A stretch of 64,000 bases of DNA from Magallana gigas. Taxonomy: Eukaryota. Below the pieces are notes generated by a model that saw nothing but the letters and a program-made list of their open reading frames with translations, was not told the origin of the DNA and searched no databases. The stretch covers positions 50,840,001 through 50,904,000 of the forward strand of contig NC_088860.1 in the NCBI RefSeq assembly GCF_963853765.1. Reading direction: 5' to 3'. Position 1 is the first letter of the stretch, and the number at the start of each line of letters is the position of its first letter. Positions 1 to 10,834 of the stretch are shown here, in pieces. Position numbers and translations under genes: made by a program.

Positions 1-112
1 CCTTGAACTTTGAGAAAATCCCGCGTAAAAACGTCAAAAACTTATGACGTCGTTTTTAATGTCGCAGTGACGTAAAGTTTTCTGTTCAATAACGTCGCAG
101 CCAGAGGGTTAA
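1..112. mobile_element. Possible terminal fragment of a TTAA-flanked non-autonomous DNA element (piggyBac-like end)
   Basis: Segment ends in ...CAGAGGGTTAA (reverse complement TTAACCCT), typical of piggyBac-type termini; the other end is outside the window so no TIR can be verified. Confidence 0.25.
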
Positions 113-329
113 TGTTTGGTGAATTGTGTGAGTTTGGCGATTCGTGTGTACATACGATGTATATAGAGTGTTTTAATGTACATGTTAAGTGTTCACTCAA
201 CAGCAATGATAATGCAGGCGAACGGTTCATAAATATTCAATTTAAAATGAATATTAACTACGTAATAAATAAGTCAAAAGATACACGAAGGTCTTGGATA
301 CGTTAATTAAAGTTAATAAGAAACCAGCC

Positions 330-392
330 TTGAGAGTTCGTTGTACGTCATTGAGAGTTCGTTGTACGTCATTGAGAGTTCATTGTACGTCA
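330..392. repeat. 21-bp tandem repeat x3
   Basis: TTGAGAGTTCGTTGTACGTCA repeated three times with one substitution. Confidence 0.9.
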
Positions 393-656
393 CGACTTTC
401 ACAACGCAAGCGACTTCTTGATTTCAACGAAGGCCCCAGTCCAAATAGCAAAGGAATGCAATAGAATGCAATAGAATGCACGCCCCCGCCTCAATAAATT
501 TGGCCATGTTTATTCATTAAACATATATGTAAGTTTTTATACATGTGTTACCGAATTTCGCTGGAAATTTGTTCAGAATTACCCGTCAATTCAAAGCCCT
601 TATTTGTAAGGTGTACAGGTGTGAGTTTATACAAATAAAAATAAATAGATGCATGC

Positions 657-680
657 GTGTGTGTGTGTGTGCGTGTGTGT
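657..680. repeat. (GT)n microsatellite
   Basis: Direct reading; one GC interruption. Confidence 0.9.
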
Positions 681-1509
681 GGTTTCGGTGGGGGCTCGTG
701 GCTGTTCAGGTAAATCAATAAGGGAATTACCCGCTCACGCGATATTTTCATAAACTTAATTATAGCTGCAAGTTTGCAAGTATAAGGGGGCAGCTGCTAG
801 GAAGAATTAAGAGCACTGGGAAAAATGTCATACGGAGGAAAAAAAAAACATTGTTAAAACCTAAAGATACATGAAATGTATGAAACACACGACAAAATTC
901 AAGGCTAGACGTTGTCTGGTGATACGTTTCTGAATTAATTTATAAAGGAGATAACATTAACATTAATTAGCATTGTCTTTTGCTATAATTCGTTATACTT
1001 TAATAATTTTTACACTATTCATTGGCTCGTCTTTTTCTTGTAAATATAATATGTCATGTATTTGTCTGTCCTGGAGTCTGAATCAGAAATACATGTATAC
1101 ATGACATGTATCTGTATACTAGGGTGATATAAACTCCTAACGTATAAAGCACCGTCTATGGGAGACTGACCGTGGGTTTTAGACGTCAAGGTTGACGATG
1201 TACAATGTACTGGGTTTCCTCTATCTGGGTTTAACATTGTAATACATGTACCATGAGTTTTGATGCAATTCAAACCAATACTTGATCTCTGTCAGTGTCC
1301 ATGAGTTATTGCCCTTTGGATACCAGATGTATACAGGCACTTAGCATCGGGGAGGGGGGGGGGGGGGGTACAGGGAGGTGGGCCTATGACATAAATATTG
1401 AATTATCACGTACGGAGTTACCCCCCCCCCCCCCCCCCCCCCCCCCAACGCAAACACTTTTTGTGAGTATGTAAAAAATTGAAATGAATATAAGGAAATT
1501 AAGAATGAA

Positions 1510-1603
1510 TTTGTAGTTATAATAATTTGTAGTTATAATAATTTGTAGTTATAATAATTTGTAGTTATAATAATTTGTAGTTATAATAATTTGTAGTTAT
1601 AAT
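1510..1603. repeat. 16-bp tandem repeat, about 6 copies
   Basis: TTTGTAGTTATAATAA repeated almost perfectly. Confidence 0.9.
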
Positions 1604-1648
1604 GAGTTTACTTCTTCCTCACGGATTAGGAGTGTCATGATTTTGTTG

Positions 1649-1682
1649 GTGTGTGTGTGTGTGTGTATGTGTGTGTGTGTGT
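1649..1682. repeat. (GT)n microsatellite
   Basis: Direct reading. Confidence 0.9.
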
Positions 1683-2711
1683 TTTTATGCTTGCGATTGT
1701 AACGAAACACTGAACATTTCTATCTTTAATACTATATCATGTCGTGACCCTTATGAATAATTGACCCCCAAAACAACGTTTTACAGTTGTATATAAAGAA
1801 TATTTTAAAAATGACACACAACACAGAGTAAGACGTTTTACTCTGTGTTGTCTTTCGTTTTTAATTTTTTTTTATATATAAAACCGGATACTGATATTTT
1901 TTGGATTTAACTATATACAATGTATATATAAATATATTGTATTGCATGATTCTACTTTAGCATATTATTTATGTCGCTGATTTTTGTAGATATTGAGAGA
2001 AATTAACATTCTCTGATGGTAATACATGTGCCTCCTCCCCTCCCCCAAAATACACACACATACAAGGATGATTACTAATGTTTCATTATTTTTTTATCAA
2101 ATTAAATTTTTTTTATAATGAACAGTAGTATAGTATACAATGGACCGTTGATACCAATATTAATATAAATTACCGGTAATATTCCATGTAAATCTATCAT
2201 GTGTTTTACCCATACTATTGGGATCGTAATACTGTGTACATGTATATACTTATATTGCTATCAACTAAATGTCAACCGATTGAATTTATTTATTTACATT
2301 TTTGTCATTTTCAGTTTACACGTTTTGACCTTCATTATTAATCCAAAGGGGTTAAAAGAACGGTAACTCGTGTAGCTGTACCGGTGTTTTGAACATGGGT
2401 CGCACTCATTTATCATTTTAAATATTTAAAGACCTAATCTCCTCGAAATCGATATAGTAAAATACAACGACAACAATGGCAAACTACGAGTAAATCAACA
2501 TAGAATGGGCGGAGATAGCCGCTCCCATAACTCCCACCCTACAGAACTCACTTTCGCTTTGGAATATTGGCAATCGGGGGGTCTCTTGACGCATTGAAAG
2601 TAAATTGTTCTGATCTTTTCTTAACCTAATAATTTCCTCGGATATTTTTTTTAAACTTTGGCATAACAGTAATCTGACAGTAACCAGACGTTAACCAGAC
2701 GCGCTCGTTTA

Positions 2712-2768
2712 TTATTTATTAATTAATTAATTAATTAATTAATTTATTTATTTATTTATTTATTTATC
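2712..2768. repeat. Compound (TTAA)n/(TTTA)n microsatellite
   Basis: Direct reading. Confidence 0.85.
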
Positions 2769-2880
2769 TGTATTTTTTTAAAGTACTGTACATGATTTAT
2801 GCATGCATTTTCTTTTAGTTCACAATCAAGATTCCTTAGTTTCACAATAATTCTGACATTAATCCCATCTTTTAACACTC

Positions 2881-3048
2881 CATCGTCTCAAGCCACGGGT
2901 ATTGCACATGGGCCAAGCCCGTTATAACATTAATTTCAATGTAACCATAAATATGGTTTACATGGAAATTAATGGTAAAACAGGCTTGGCCCCCGTGGGG
3001 TTTAGAGTCCATGATTGAATGGACAGAAACCCGTGGCTTGAGACGATG
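2881..3048. mobile_element. MITE-like foldback element with a perfect 20-bp inverted repeat
   Basis: CATCGTCTCAAGCCACGGGT (2881-2900) versus ACCCGTGGCTTGAGACGATG (3029-3048); a second internal inverted pair GGGCCAAGCC / GGCTTGGCCC. No TSD recognised. Confidence 0.65.
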
Positions 3049-4405
3049 ATTACACGCCAGTAACGTACATGTATGTTGACACAATGATTGGAGAAATGAG
3101 AGATGTATACTCGATTCATCCTCTGTATTTTATATTTTAAAACCATTCACATTGAATTTAGTGGTTTATAATTTCAATTTCATTGGTGCAAGAATGTACC
3201 CAAGTTACAGAGTTCTATTACATAGTTTACACATAGCTAGCTGTATAGATTTAAACATTGATGGTGTTTCCCACTAGTATTTTTTTTATATATTTGACTC
3301 GTGATTACTGATAGCGTGGATATATTAAGACAAGCAATCTAATTAAAATTAGAACTTCCATCCGCTCCCCGGTTTTCGATATCGATAATCGGTAATTAGA
3401 TTGTAAGACAAGGTGACATTCATCCTCAATTTTGGCTCTACAGAACCCATACATTCAGTTATTACGCAGAAGATTTCTTTGACGTCCTTTTGTCTATGGA
3501 TACATTATGTGATGACGTTCTGATTTACTGAGTTGTTTTCTGTAAATACAAGGAATGGGTTTCAGCAAATAATATTGTAGTGAAAATGGTCAATGATGTC
3601 TTTATTTAACATTCATCTAGATGAACTATTGATATCTGCCATAAGATTTTGCACTAAAGGTCAATAATTCTTTGCTTTATACATGTAGGTAAAAAATTGC
3701 TTTTATAACACATTTTGTCTTGGTCATTCAATATGGAGCCTAAACCAACTTCAAACAATCTGTCCTTGATATTTGACACCTAGTTAAATACCTTTTTTCA
3801 ATTTTGTACACATTCTAAACGGTAAACGGTAAACGCAGAAATGCATGGGTAAAAATATGTCAGAATTTGTCAGCATGTCAGAATACTGCATGTGTACATG
3901 TTTGCATACTAGTAATTGATCCAGATACAAACGCTATCAAATCTGTCCAGAGTTTTTAATTTCATAAAGTTTTGTAAACTGACTGCATGCATGGCATTTT
4001 GTTTCATTATACACCTCTCACTTTTACTACAAAAATTGTTTGATCAAAGAAGATTGTTTGATTTCCGGGTATCAGCGAGTAATTGTAAACACATGTACTT
4101 TAATTATTCATGAATGGAATGATTTATCGACAGCATACGTACGCAGTTTTGATAGATGGGTTATAAGTAAATAGGATAAACATCTTTAGATGTACAAAAA
4201 TGACACAAGGCATCGGTTATTGATATACTGCATGCGCAGATCTAGAGAAATTTTTTACAGGGGTGGGTACGTTACTAATTTTACTGCATTGGTGCTTTTT
4301 AAACAATTCTCAACACGTGAGTCACTTTGATAATTTGGAAATGTAAAAAGTATAATTGATTTTCAATTGGAAATATTGCTTTAGAAGAAAAAATAAACAA
4401 AAGGA

Positions 4406-4413
4406 TAAATGAA

Positions 4414-4448
<35 letters not shown>

Positions 4449-4463
4449 ATGAATGAATGAATG
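4406..4463. repeat. (TAAA)n(TGAA)n microsatellite
   Basis: Direct reading. Confidence 0.9.
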
Positions 4464-5408
4464 AGCACGATATATACGGAAATGTACTGTCTACACATGC
4501 ACACTATTGCTTTAACAATGAAGTTGCTTCCCTTTTCACTTAAATGTAAACAAAGAGCTTGCAGAAAAAAAATGTAAAACTGGAATGAATGTTTTTTTAA
4601 AAAAATTACAATTGAATTATCTTATGAGAATTTCAGACAAGTAAAACATGTTTATATTAAAATATGTGTTTATTTATTCTCATTATAATGCAATTCATTA
4701 TGATAAATAATTATGGAATACAGTACGAACATTTAAAGGAAATTAAATTTTTGTCCCCCGCCCCTCCCCCTTTAAAACACCAGTTCAAACTTTACGAGTT
4801 TGGGTTTACCTCCCCCTTACCCCCCCCCTCCCCCTCCAAAAAAAAATAAAATAAAAAATTGGGTCTATATTCACCCCCCCCCCCCCCGAAAAAAAAGAAA
4901 GAATAAAAAAGAGAAATATGGTGTACATCTATCCCTCTCCCCACTATTTTTTTGTCAATATAATATTGTTGAATGTACAGTGTGTTTGTTTTTCTTCCTA
5001 TAAGTCTGTTTTCAATTTCTACACACTATTACAGACATTTACGATAAGTATTTCATTTCTCTGTCAGTTGTACCATAGCTGTTGTAAGGCAGTAAGTATA
5101 ATATGATATACATGTATGTATTAAGAGTACAATCTAAGCTATTAGAACTTGTGTCGAATCCTTTAGACATATTTGGTCAATAAGATCTGTTCACTTCATG
5201 TTTCCCCGCCCAATCCACCCTGTCAGATTTAAACACCCGCCCAAAATTGACAAGAAGGTCACCAGGAGTGTTAATATTTTGAACCCCCCCCCCCCCCCCC
5301 CCCAGCCCTAAAACTTAAATTTAAAATTAGTTAGCGGTAGGGTGTTGAAAAGTATGGAAAAGTGGCACCGATTTCTCAGTATTGTTATGCAATAAGGTGG
5401 AAAGAAAC

Positions 5409-5697
5409 TCACCGAGGCGGGATACGCATAGACTGGTGCTTAATCAGTTCACCGAGGCGGGGTACGCATAGACTGGTGCTTAATCAGTTCACTGAGGCGG
5501 GGTACGCATAGACTGGTGCTTAATCAGTTCACCAAGGCGGGGTACGCATAGACTGGTGCTTAATCAGTTCACCGAGGCGGGGTACGCATAGACTGGTGCT
5601 TAATCAGTTCACTGAGGCGGGGTACGCATAGACTGGTGCTTAATCAGTTCACCAAGGCGGGGTACGCATAGACTGGTGCTTAATCAGTTCACCAAGG
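5409..5697. repeat. 40-bp minisatellite, about 7.2 copies
   Basis: Unit TCACCGAGGCGGGGTACGCATAGACTGGTGCTTAATCAGT; unit starts exactly 40 bp apart (5411, 5451 ... 5691); no spacers. Confidence 0.95.
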
Positions 5698-6189
5698 TAC
5701 ATACAGTTACTGGACAGTTTATGTAAATGGATGTAGGACTATCCAACTAGAACGCTAGCTTAACTACAATTAAGATATATACCGACAAGAATATCTACAC
5801 AGAAAAGTTCACGATTGCATTGACTGACACACACTGCATGATAAAATTGTTTGTTTTCAATAATGAAAAAAGAATATAGAAATTTAAAAATGACCACTTT
5901 TTACTTTGCAGCATGAACCCCCCAAATCAAGTTTTTGGTTCAAAAACACCACACAGCCACTATTCATCTAAGTAATTTTTATGTATTTAGACACATTGGG
6001 GGAGGAATTACATCAATGCAATATATATCTGGATGGTCAATGAACTATAGGTCTGTCCCAAGATATTTATGCAGCACGTTTTCTAATCAAAATACATTTA
6101 CCTATGAGAAAAGTGCAATTGAAATAGATGAAAGGAAACCTTCCAAGATATTTTTTTCATACAGTATCATTTTTCACTCGGAAAAATTC

Positions 6190-7161
6190 TCAGGAACGAA
6201 AACTGATTTCTTGCGTAGAATTATAATGGGGAATGTTGACATCTTTTCTCCATTCGGAAGTCAATCGGAATACCTCACACAGTTTGTCAACGCTAGTATC
6301 ATCCGGGTCTGTTGTAATACAGAATCCCCCCGTAGACATCTCATTATTTAGCTGTGTATTGTAACCTGATAAGCTAGAGGGGACGTTTCAAAGGAGAGGT
6401 CTTGGAAATTCTTCATACATTCGAATAAACATCTTTTGAACCCACATATTTTAACAAATACTGAGTAATTAAGCAAATTGTGAATCGAGGATATCTTGGC
6501 AAAGATTATAAGAAATAACAAACCAGAAAGATCATATCCCCATTTACATGTTAACTAGCAACTTATTATATACGTAAATCATTACTAGTCTATATAACTT
6601 TAAAATTAATGCAATAAACCTAAAATAAAATTAAGAAATTATGTGGGCATAAATAATTTCAAAGTAATACGTTAAGTTTATGAACCAGATTCATTGTTTT
6701 CAAGTGAGCAAGCCCTTTATGATATATAGAACATCTGCTTTCAGTTTTAATTAATCATATTAGTTTTTGTCAAATTATTCTTTGTACTCGTAATTCAAAT
6801 CATTTTAATGCTTATCTCATGCAGATTAATTTTACAGAATTAAAAAAAAAGAATTTTTAATTATTATTTTTATTATAATTATTATTAGTGTTATTGATGC
6901 AACAGTAATACAACTGAGTATTAAAGAATGCATGCATCTTACCTTCAAAATAAGATACATCCATATCAATTAGACACTTCCTCTTACCTTCATATGTATT
7001 GTTTCTGGGTCACTAGGATCAATATTCAATCGTATCGTCCACCCTTCGTGTTGCACTCTATCTAGAAATATCTTGGCCGAGTTACCTTGCCAACCACTTG
7101 ACACATATACTCGGTATAGTAACATTGTCACCTTCAGCTGTCAGCATTACATGTTTGTCAC
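6190..7161 (-). pseudogene. Two exon-like segments (7161-6943 and 6365-6190) of an unidentified, probably disrupted gene
   Basis: Acceptor TTTTCATCTAG at 7162 and donor AG|GTAAGA at 6942 define a 219-nt phase1-phase1 block that needs two compensating frameshifts; acceptor at 6366 is followed by 57 open codons (YNTQLNNEMSTGGFCITTDPDD...). Product not recognised; a 138-aa plus-strand ORF (5935-6351) overlaps. Confidence 0.25.
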
Positions 7162-7881
7162 CTAGATGAAAACGTATTTGTGGATTCTTTTGTCAGAAAC
7201 AAATTGAATTCAAACGGATTCAAACGGAACAAAACAAAATACTACAGCCGCGATTTTTTCACGTAGTTTTATTTCGGCAAAAACAAAGTTTTATAATCGG
7301 TCAACTTGTGTAAAGTTGTGTATCTGTATATGCACATACTTCCGTAAAATATCATTGGATACGAGGTAGCAAATTAGAGAAAATATTATCTTTCTTAACC
7401 AAATAATAAATCGTCGCTTTTCATTAAGATAAAAAATTTCAGAGACATTTAAATGGAATGAGGAAGTAAATATACAGGTAAGTTCTTCCTGTGTGAGATA
7501 CTATAGAGATACGTGAATCGTCGTGTAGAACGTCACAACCGCTGACCTATATCTGTAGTTAACCTATTACCTCGGAGTAACGCGTTCATTCCACAGCAAC
7601 AGCGACCGGTCATGCTATTTGAGGGAATTACATGCCTTGGTTTAAAAAATGATTTGAAAAAAACCCACTTTATCTATTTACTAACACAAATATGAAATAT
7701 TTATAGAATATTACGAAATTAAAATCAAATTCCTCAGTTCATAGTTCAGAAGTTGGACAAAAAAGAAATGGTGATGACAATTACCGGTGAAATAAAATAC
7801 CCCATGACTTTATCTTTTTCATTTGAATACAAATTAAGACTCCTTCACACACTTCCATACAAGACCATTCTTCTACAATAC

Positions 7882-8154
7882 TTAAAGATATGGATTTTTA
7901 GCATGTCTTCGACTTCAAAATGACATTATCAATTTTGGGCAAAAAATCAACTTTAAAAGTTTATTGACCTATTCATAAAAATAAAAGCCCCTGCAGTATT
8001 CGAACTCGGGACCTGGGGGTTGGTGAACCGAAGCTACACCCGTTGCGCCATAAAGTTAGACACCAAATGTTGGAGATATAAACTGCTTCACATTTCGTTA
8101 AAATCAGCATGTTGTGACGTAAAGTAGAAGTCACGGAGTGTCGAGCATCCTTAA
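7882..8154. mobile_element. TTAA-bounded non-autonomous element (Kolobok-like) containing a tRNA-derived segment
   Basis: Starts TTAAAGAT, ends GAGCATCCTTAA; on the minus strand an A-box TGGCGCAACGG (8050-8040) and a B-box GTTCGAATAC (8005-7996), but no acceptor-stem pairing. Family assignment is from memory of oyster repeats. Confidence 0.45.
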
Positions 8155-9098
8155 AATAATCCATTTTTATCTCATATTTTCAGCAAAAAATGTCTAGCCC
8201 TTTTGGTTTAGGCTAAACAATTTTAGAAAAATATCTAAATGGCAGTAATGGATAGGGACTGTAAAAGGAAATGAGCTGCGTATTTAAAAAAGATTTATTT
8301 TGCAGCAGAAAATCATCTTTTATCATAATGACAATTCTGCACTAAACTTAAACTTTCATAATGAAAAAAAAACCAAGCCACACACACACAAATAAATAAA
8401 ACAGCATTTACTTCGATCAGACTAATGATTATTAAAATCTGGATTCATTGAGCGTTCGTAGTTTACAGTATAAGGTATAAAAATACTTAATTTATAAAAT
8501 AATGAATGTTTCCAGTAAAATGAAGTTTTTCCAAACCTTTTTCGTGCATACGATGGGGAGCGGGTCATGGCCGCCGACATAACATGTGATCGATAGTAAT
8601 CGTTAAGTTGTAAGTCTGTCTTTTTTATTATACCGTTACTCTTGCTAAATACAGAGACTTGACTATTATAACTAACGATGCTGTGTTTCTTTGGTGAAAT
8701 AAATAGCTATTCGACATCAATAAAGTAAAGTTTTTTTTGTTAGCAAAGCCCCTGAGACCTTAAAATGAATCAACAATATAGTTTGTTCTGAAAATATATT
8801 TATTAAAAAAATATACTTATATATATACATATCATGCATCTGTATAAAATACAATCTGGTTTTTCTTACGTGAGCAACGAAAAGAAATATCAACATTAAA
8901 AGGGGGCTGATGATTGTTAGCTAATATCAACATAATCGGTTCAATTTGAAAATAAAGTCGTTCAGTACTTTAAAAATCTGAAGAAAAAAAAAGCCAAAAA
9001 GTGATTTTGGCATCTGTATCTTCTTGCTGGTCACAAATGGTTCATACTTTACTTTGATTTCTTTCTGAGAGTGTCATTCAATTATTAAAACATCCATA

Positions 9099-9527
9099 TC
9101 AAGTTCTATGGGTTTCACAAAGTTTCCTATATTGTTGGTTTAAAAGTTTTCCATAATTTTCAGCTTGATGAAAAATAATGTAATTGCACATGAACCGTTC
9201 GGCTCTATTATTTGGAAATTTCACATCCTCCGGCAAAACGTCTTTAGCAGTGGAAGGAACTGAGGTCGAGTTAACATCCATCTTCATGGCTCTACGTAGG
9301 TTACTTAAAATGACGTTAATTGATTCTATCATCATTACCATCGATTCGACGTATTCACTTTCTTGACTTATTTCATCTTTTAAGACGTGGTCAAGGTATA
9401 GCCTCAGACGAGAGAGGTTCTCATAATCTCGGGAAAAGTCTGGAGTTATCTGAAAGAAACGGAAAACAAACAAAACTGAGTTGTTATAGCGATATGAAGA
9501 ATTATAGTATGCATTAATAGTGTTTTG

Positions 9528-9611
<84 letters not shown>

Positions 9612-10268
9612 TTTACTTACATCTGTGATGTTTTGAGGTAGATTGAGACCAGGGAAATCACGGGACTGGAGGAACTGGATCAGTGTGTCCCCTGTCACAC
9701 GGTCGTTTTCCGTCTAAAAACGAACAATGCTTGATGTCTAACTCTTAAGAGTGTTAGTTAAATAAATCTCAACTTAATTTTATCCGTAGCATTAAGAAAT
9801 GTCCAAACACTATATTTATCAGATTTGTGATTTTTAATATAATACACCGGTTGGTAGGAGTACCATTCCCCCGATTCTCTCCATTCTAAGAAAATGATCC
9901 AGTACTCACGTAGAGGGTTTTAAGGTTAGTCGCGGCTCTTGTGAAACTCGTCGCGTCCTCTATCAGTGCTTCATATATGATGGAATGAGAAGATCCACAG
10001 GGTGAATCCCAGTTGGCCGGGGCGCCAAAAGTCTGGCCCAGGCAGGCACATAGGAACCCTTTAATAAAGTAAAGCGTGCAAGGTTAAACTCTGACAAACT
10101 TTCACTGTCTGATTCTGTGTGCAAATATTCTAATGCATGTAAAAAAAAAAAAGAATCATATACAATTTTAAAAACATTTTTAGACATATTTCCAGCTTTT
10201 ATATCAACAGTTACAGATTTACAGTTTAGCTTACATGTTCCACAAAATGTGATTTCAAATATTTTCAT
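9099..10268 (-). CDS. Secreted long-chain four-helix cytokine-like protein, paralog 1 (IL-6/LIF/Unpaired-like), 208 aa; exons 10268-10235, 10058-9910, 9713-9621, 9449-9099
   Basis: GT-AG introns (T|GTAAGC, C|GTGAGT, T|GTAAGT; acceptors AAG, TAG, CAG), phases 1,0,0, continuous frame. MKIFEITFCGTWFLCACLGQTFG-APANWDSPCGSS...LKTLY|TENDRV...DFPGLNLPQNITD|ITPDFSRDYENLSRLRLYLDHVLKDE...RAERFMCNYIIF...RKLCETHRT*. Signal peptide, amphipathic helices, clear homology to paralogs 2 and 3. The gene model is well supported; the family name is inference. Confidence 0.85.
9533..9606. repeat. (AG)37 microsatellite inside intron 3 of paralog 1
   Basis: Direct reading; produces the SLSLSL run in the ORF track. 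Confidence 0.95.
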
Positions 10269-10314
10269 TTCTTCTTAATATATTTGTTCATATACCGTGA
10301 ACAACTATTGATAC

Positions 10315-10670
10315 TGTACCTTCAATGCAGTTGTGGCATCATATATATGGCCGAGGATTTGTGTGAGTGTGAGAAAATAATGGAGATTTCAAGGAATGGA
10401 CACCCCCAAAACTCCCTCAGAATGCGATATTCCAACCTCGCTATCGATTCATTACTATTAATGTATGATAGTAAATTTTCCCGTGAACTGAAAGTTAGAT
10501 TATACATAATTAATGAATAATAAAGTATATCAATATACAAGAGTTTCAGTTTTATTTTGAATTTAGCCATCAATATTAGAGTGGTATGAAGGAACTGCGC
10601 AAGAATTGCGGCGGAGGGAAAACAACGTGACGTCACAATTCCAATTCCTCTGCATATTTGTTTACGTCAC
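10315..10670 (-). promoter_or_regulatory. Putative promoter of paralog 1
   Basis: TATATAT at 10347-10341, about 30 nt upstream of an Inr-like CAGT (10315); GAS-type TTCAAGGAA 10388-10396; kB-like GGGAAAATTT 10482-10473; IRF-like GAACTGAAAGT 10485-10495 and AGTTTCAGTTTT 10542-10553; palindromic CRE GTGACGTCAC 10627-10636. Motif matches only. Confidence 0.55.
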
Positions 10671-10834
10671 AAGATCGTAAAATAGATCACATGATTATCG
10701 GCTCCAATTCTTGTTTGGTGTTCACACACATTACATACAGTATTAGTATCCTGACTTCCTAACGTAGAACGAATGCATCTGTCTTCGCCAAAGTGAGAAT
10801 TTAAACTCTCATATATCATTTTAAAGAACTGTAC

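Noticed and set aside
5409-5697. CRISPR-like appearance of the 40-bp array (likewise the 49- and 52-bp arrays)
   Set aside because: Head-to-tail repeats with no unique spacers, no cas genes, and a spliced eukaryotic context.
7985-8057. Functional tRNA gene
   Set aside because: A and B boxes are present, but the acceptor and T stems do not pair.
9099-9698. 199-aa single-exon ORF with an SLSLSL tract
   Set aside because: It is exon 3 + intron 3 + exon 4 of paralog 1; the tract is a (CT)n microsatellite between canonical splice sites.
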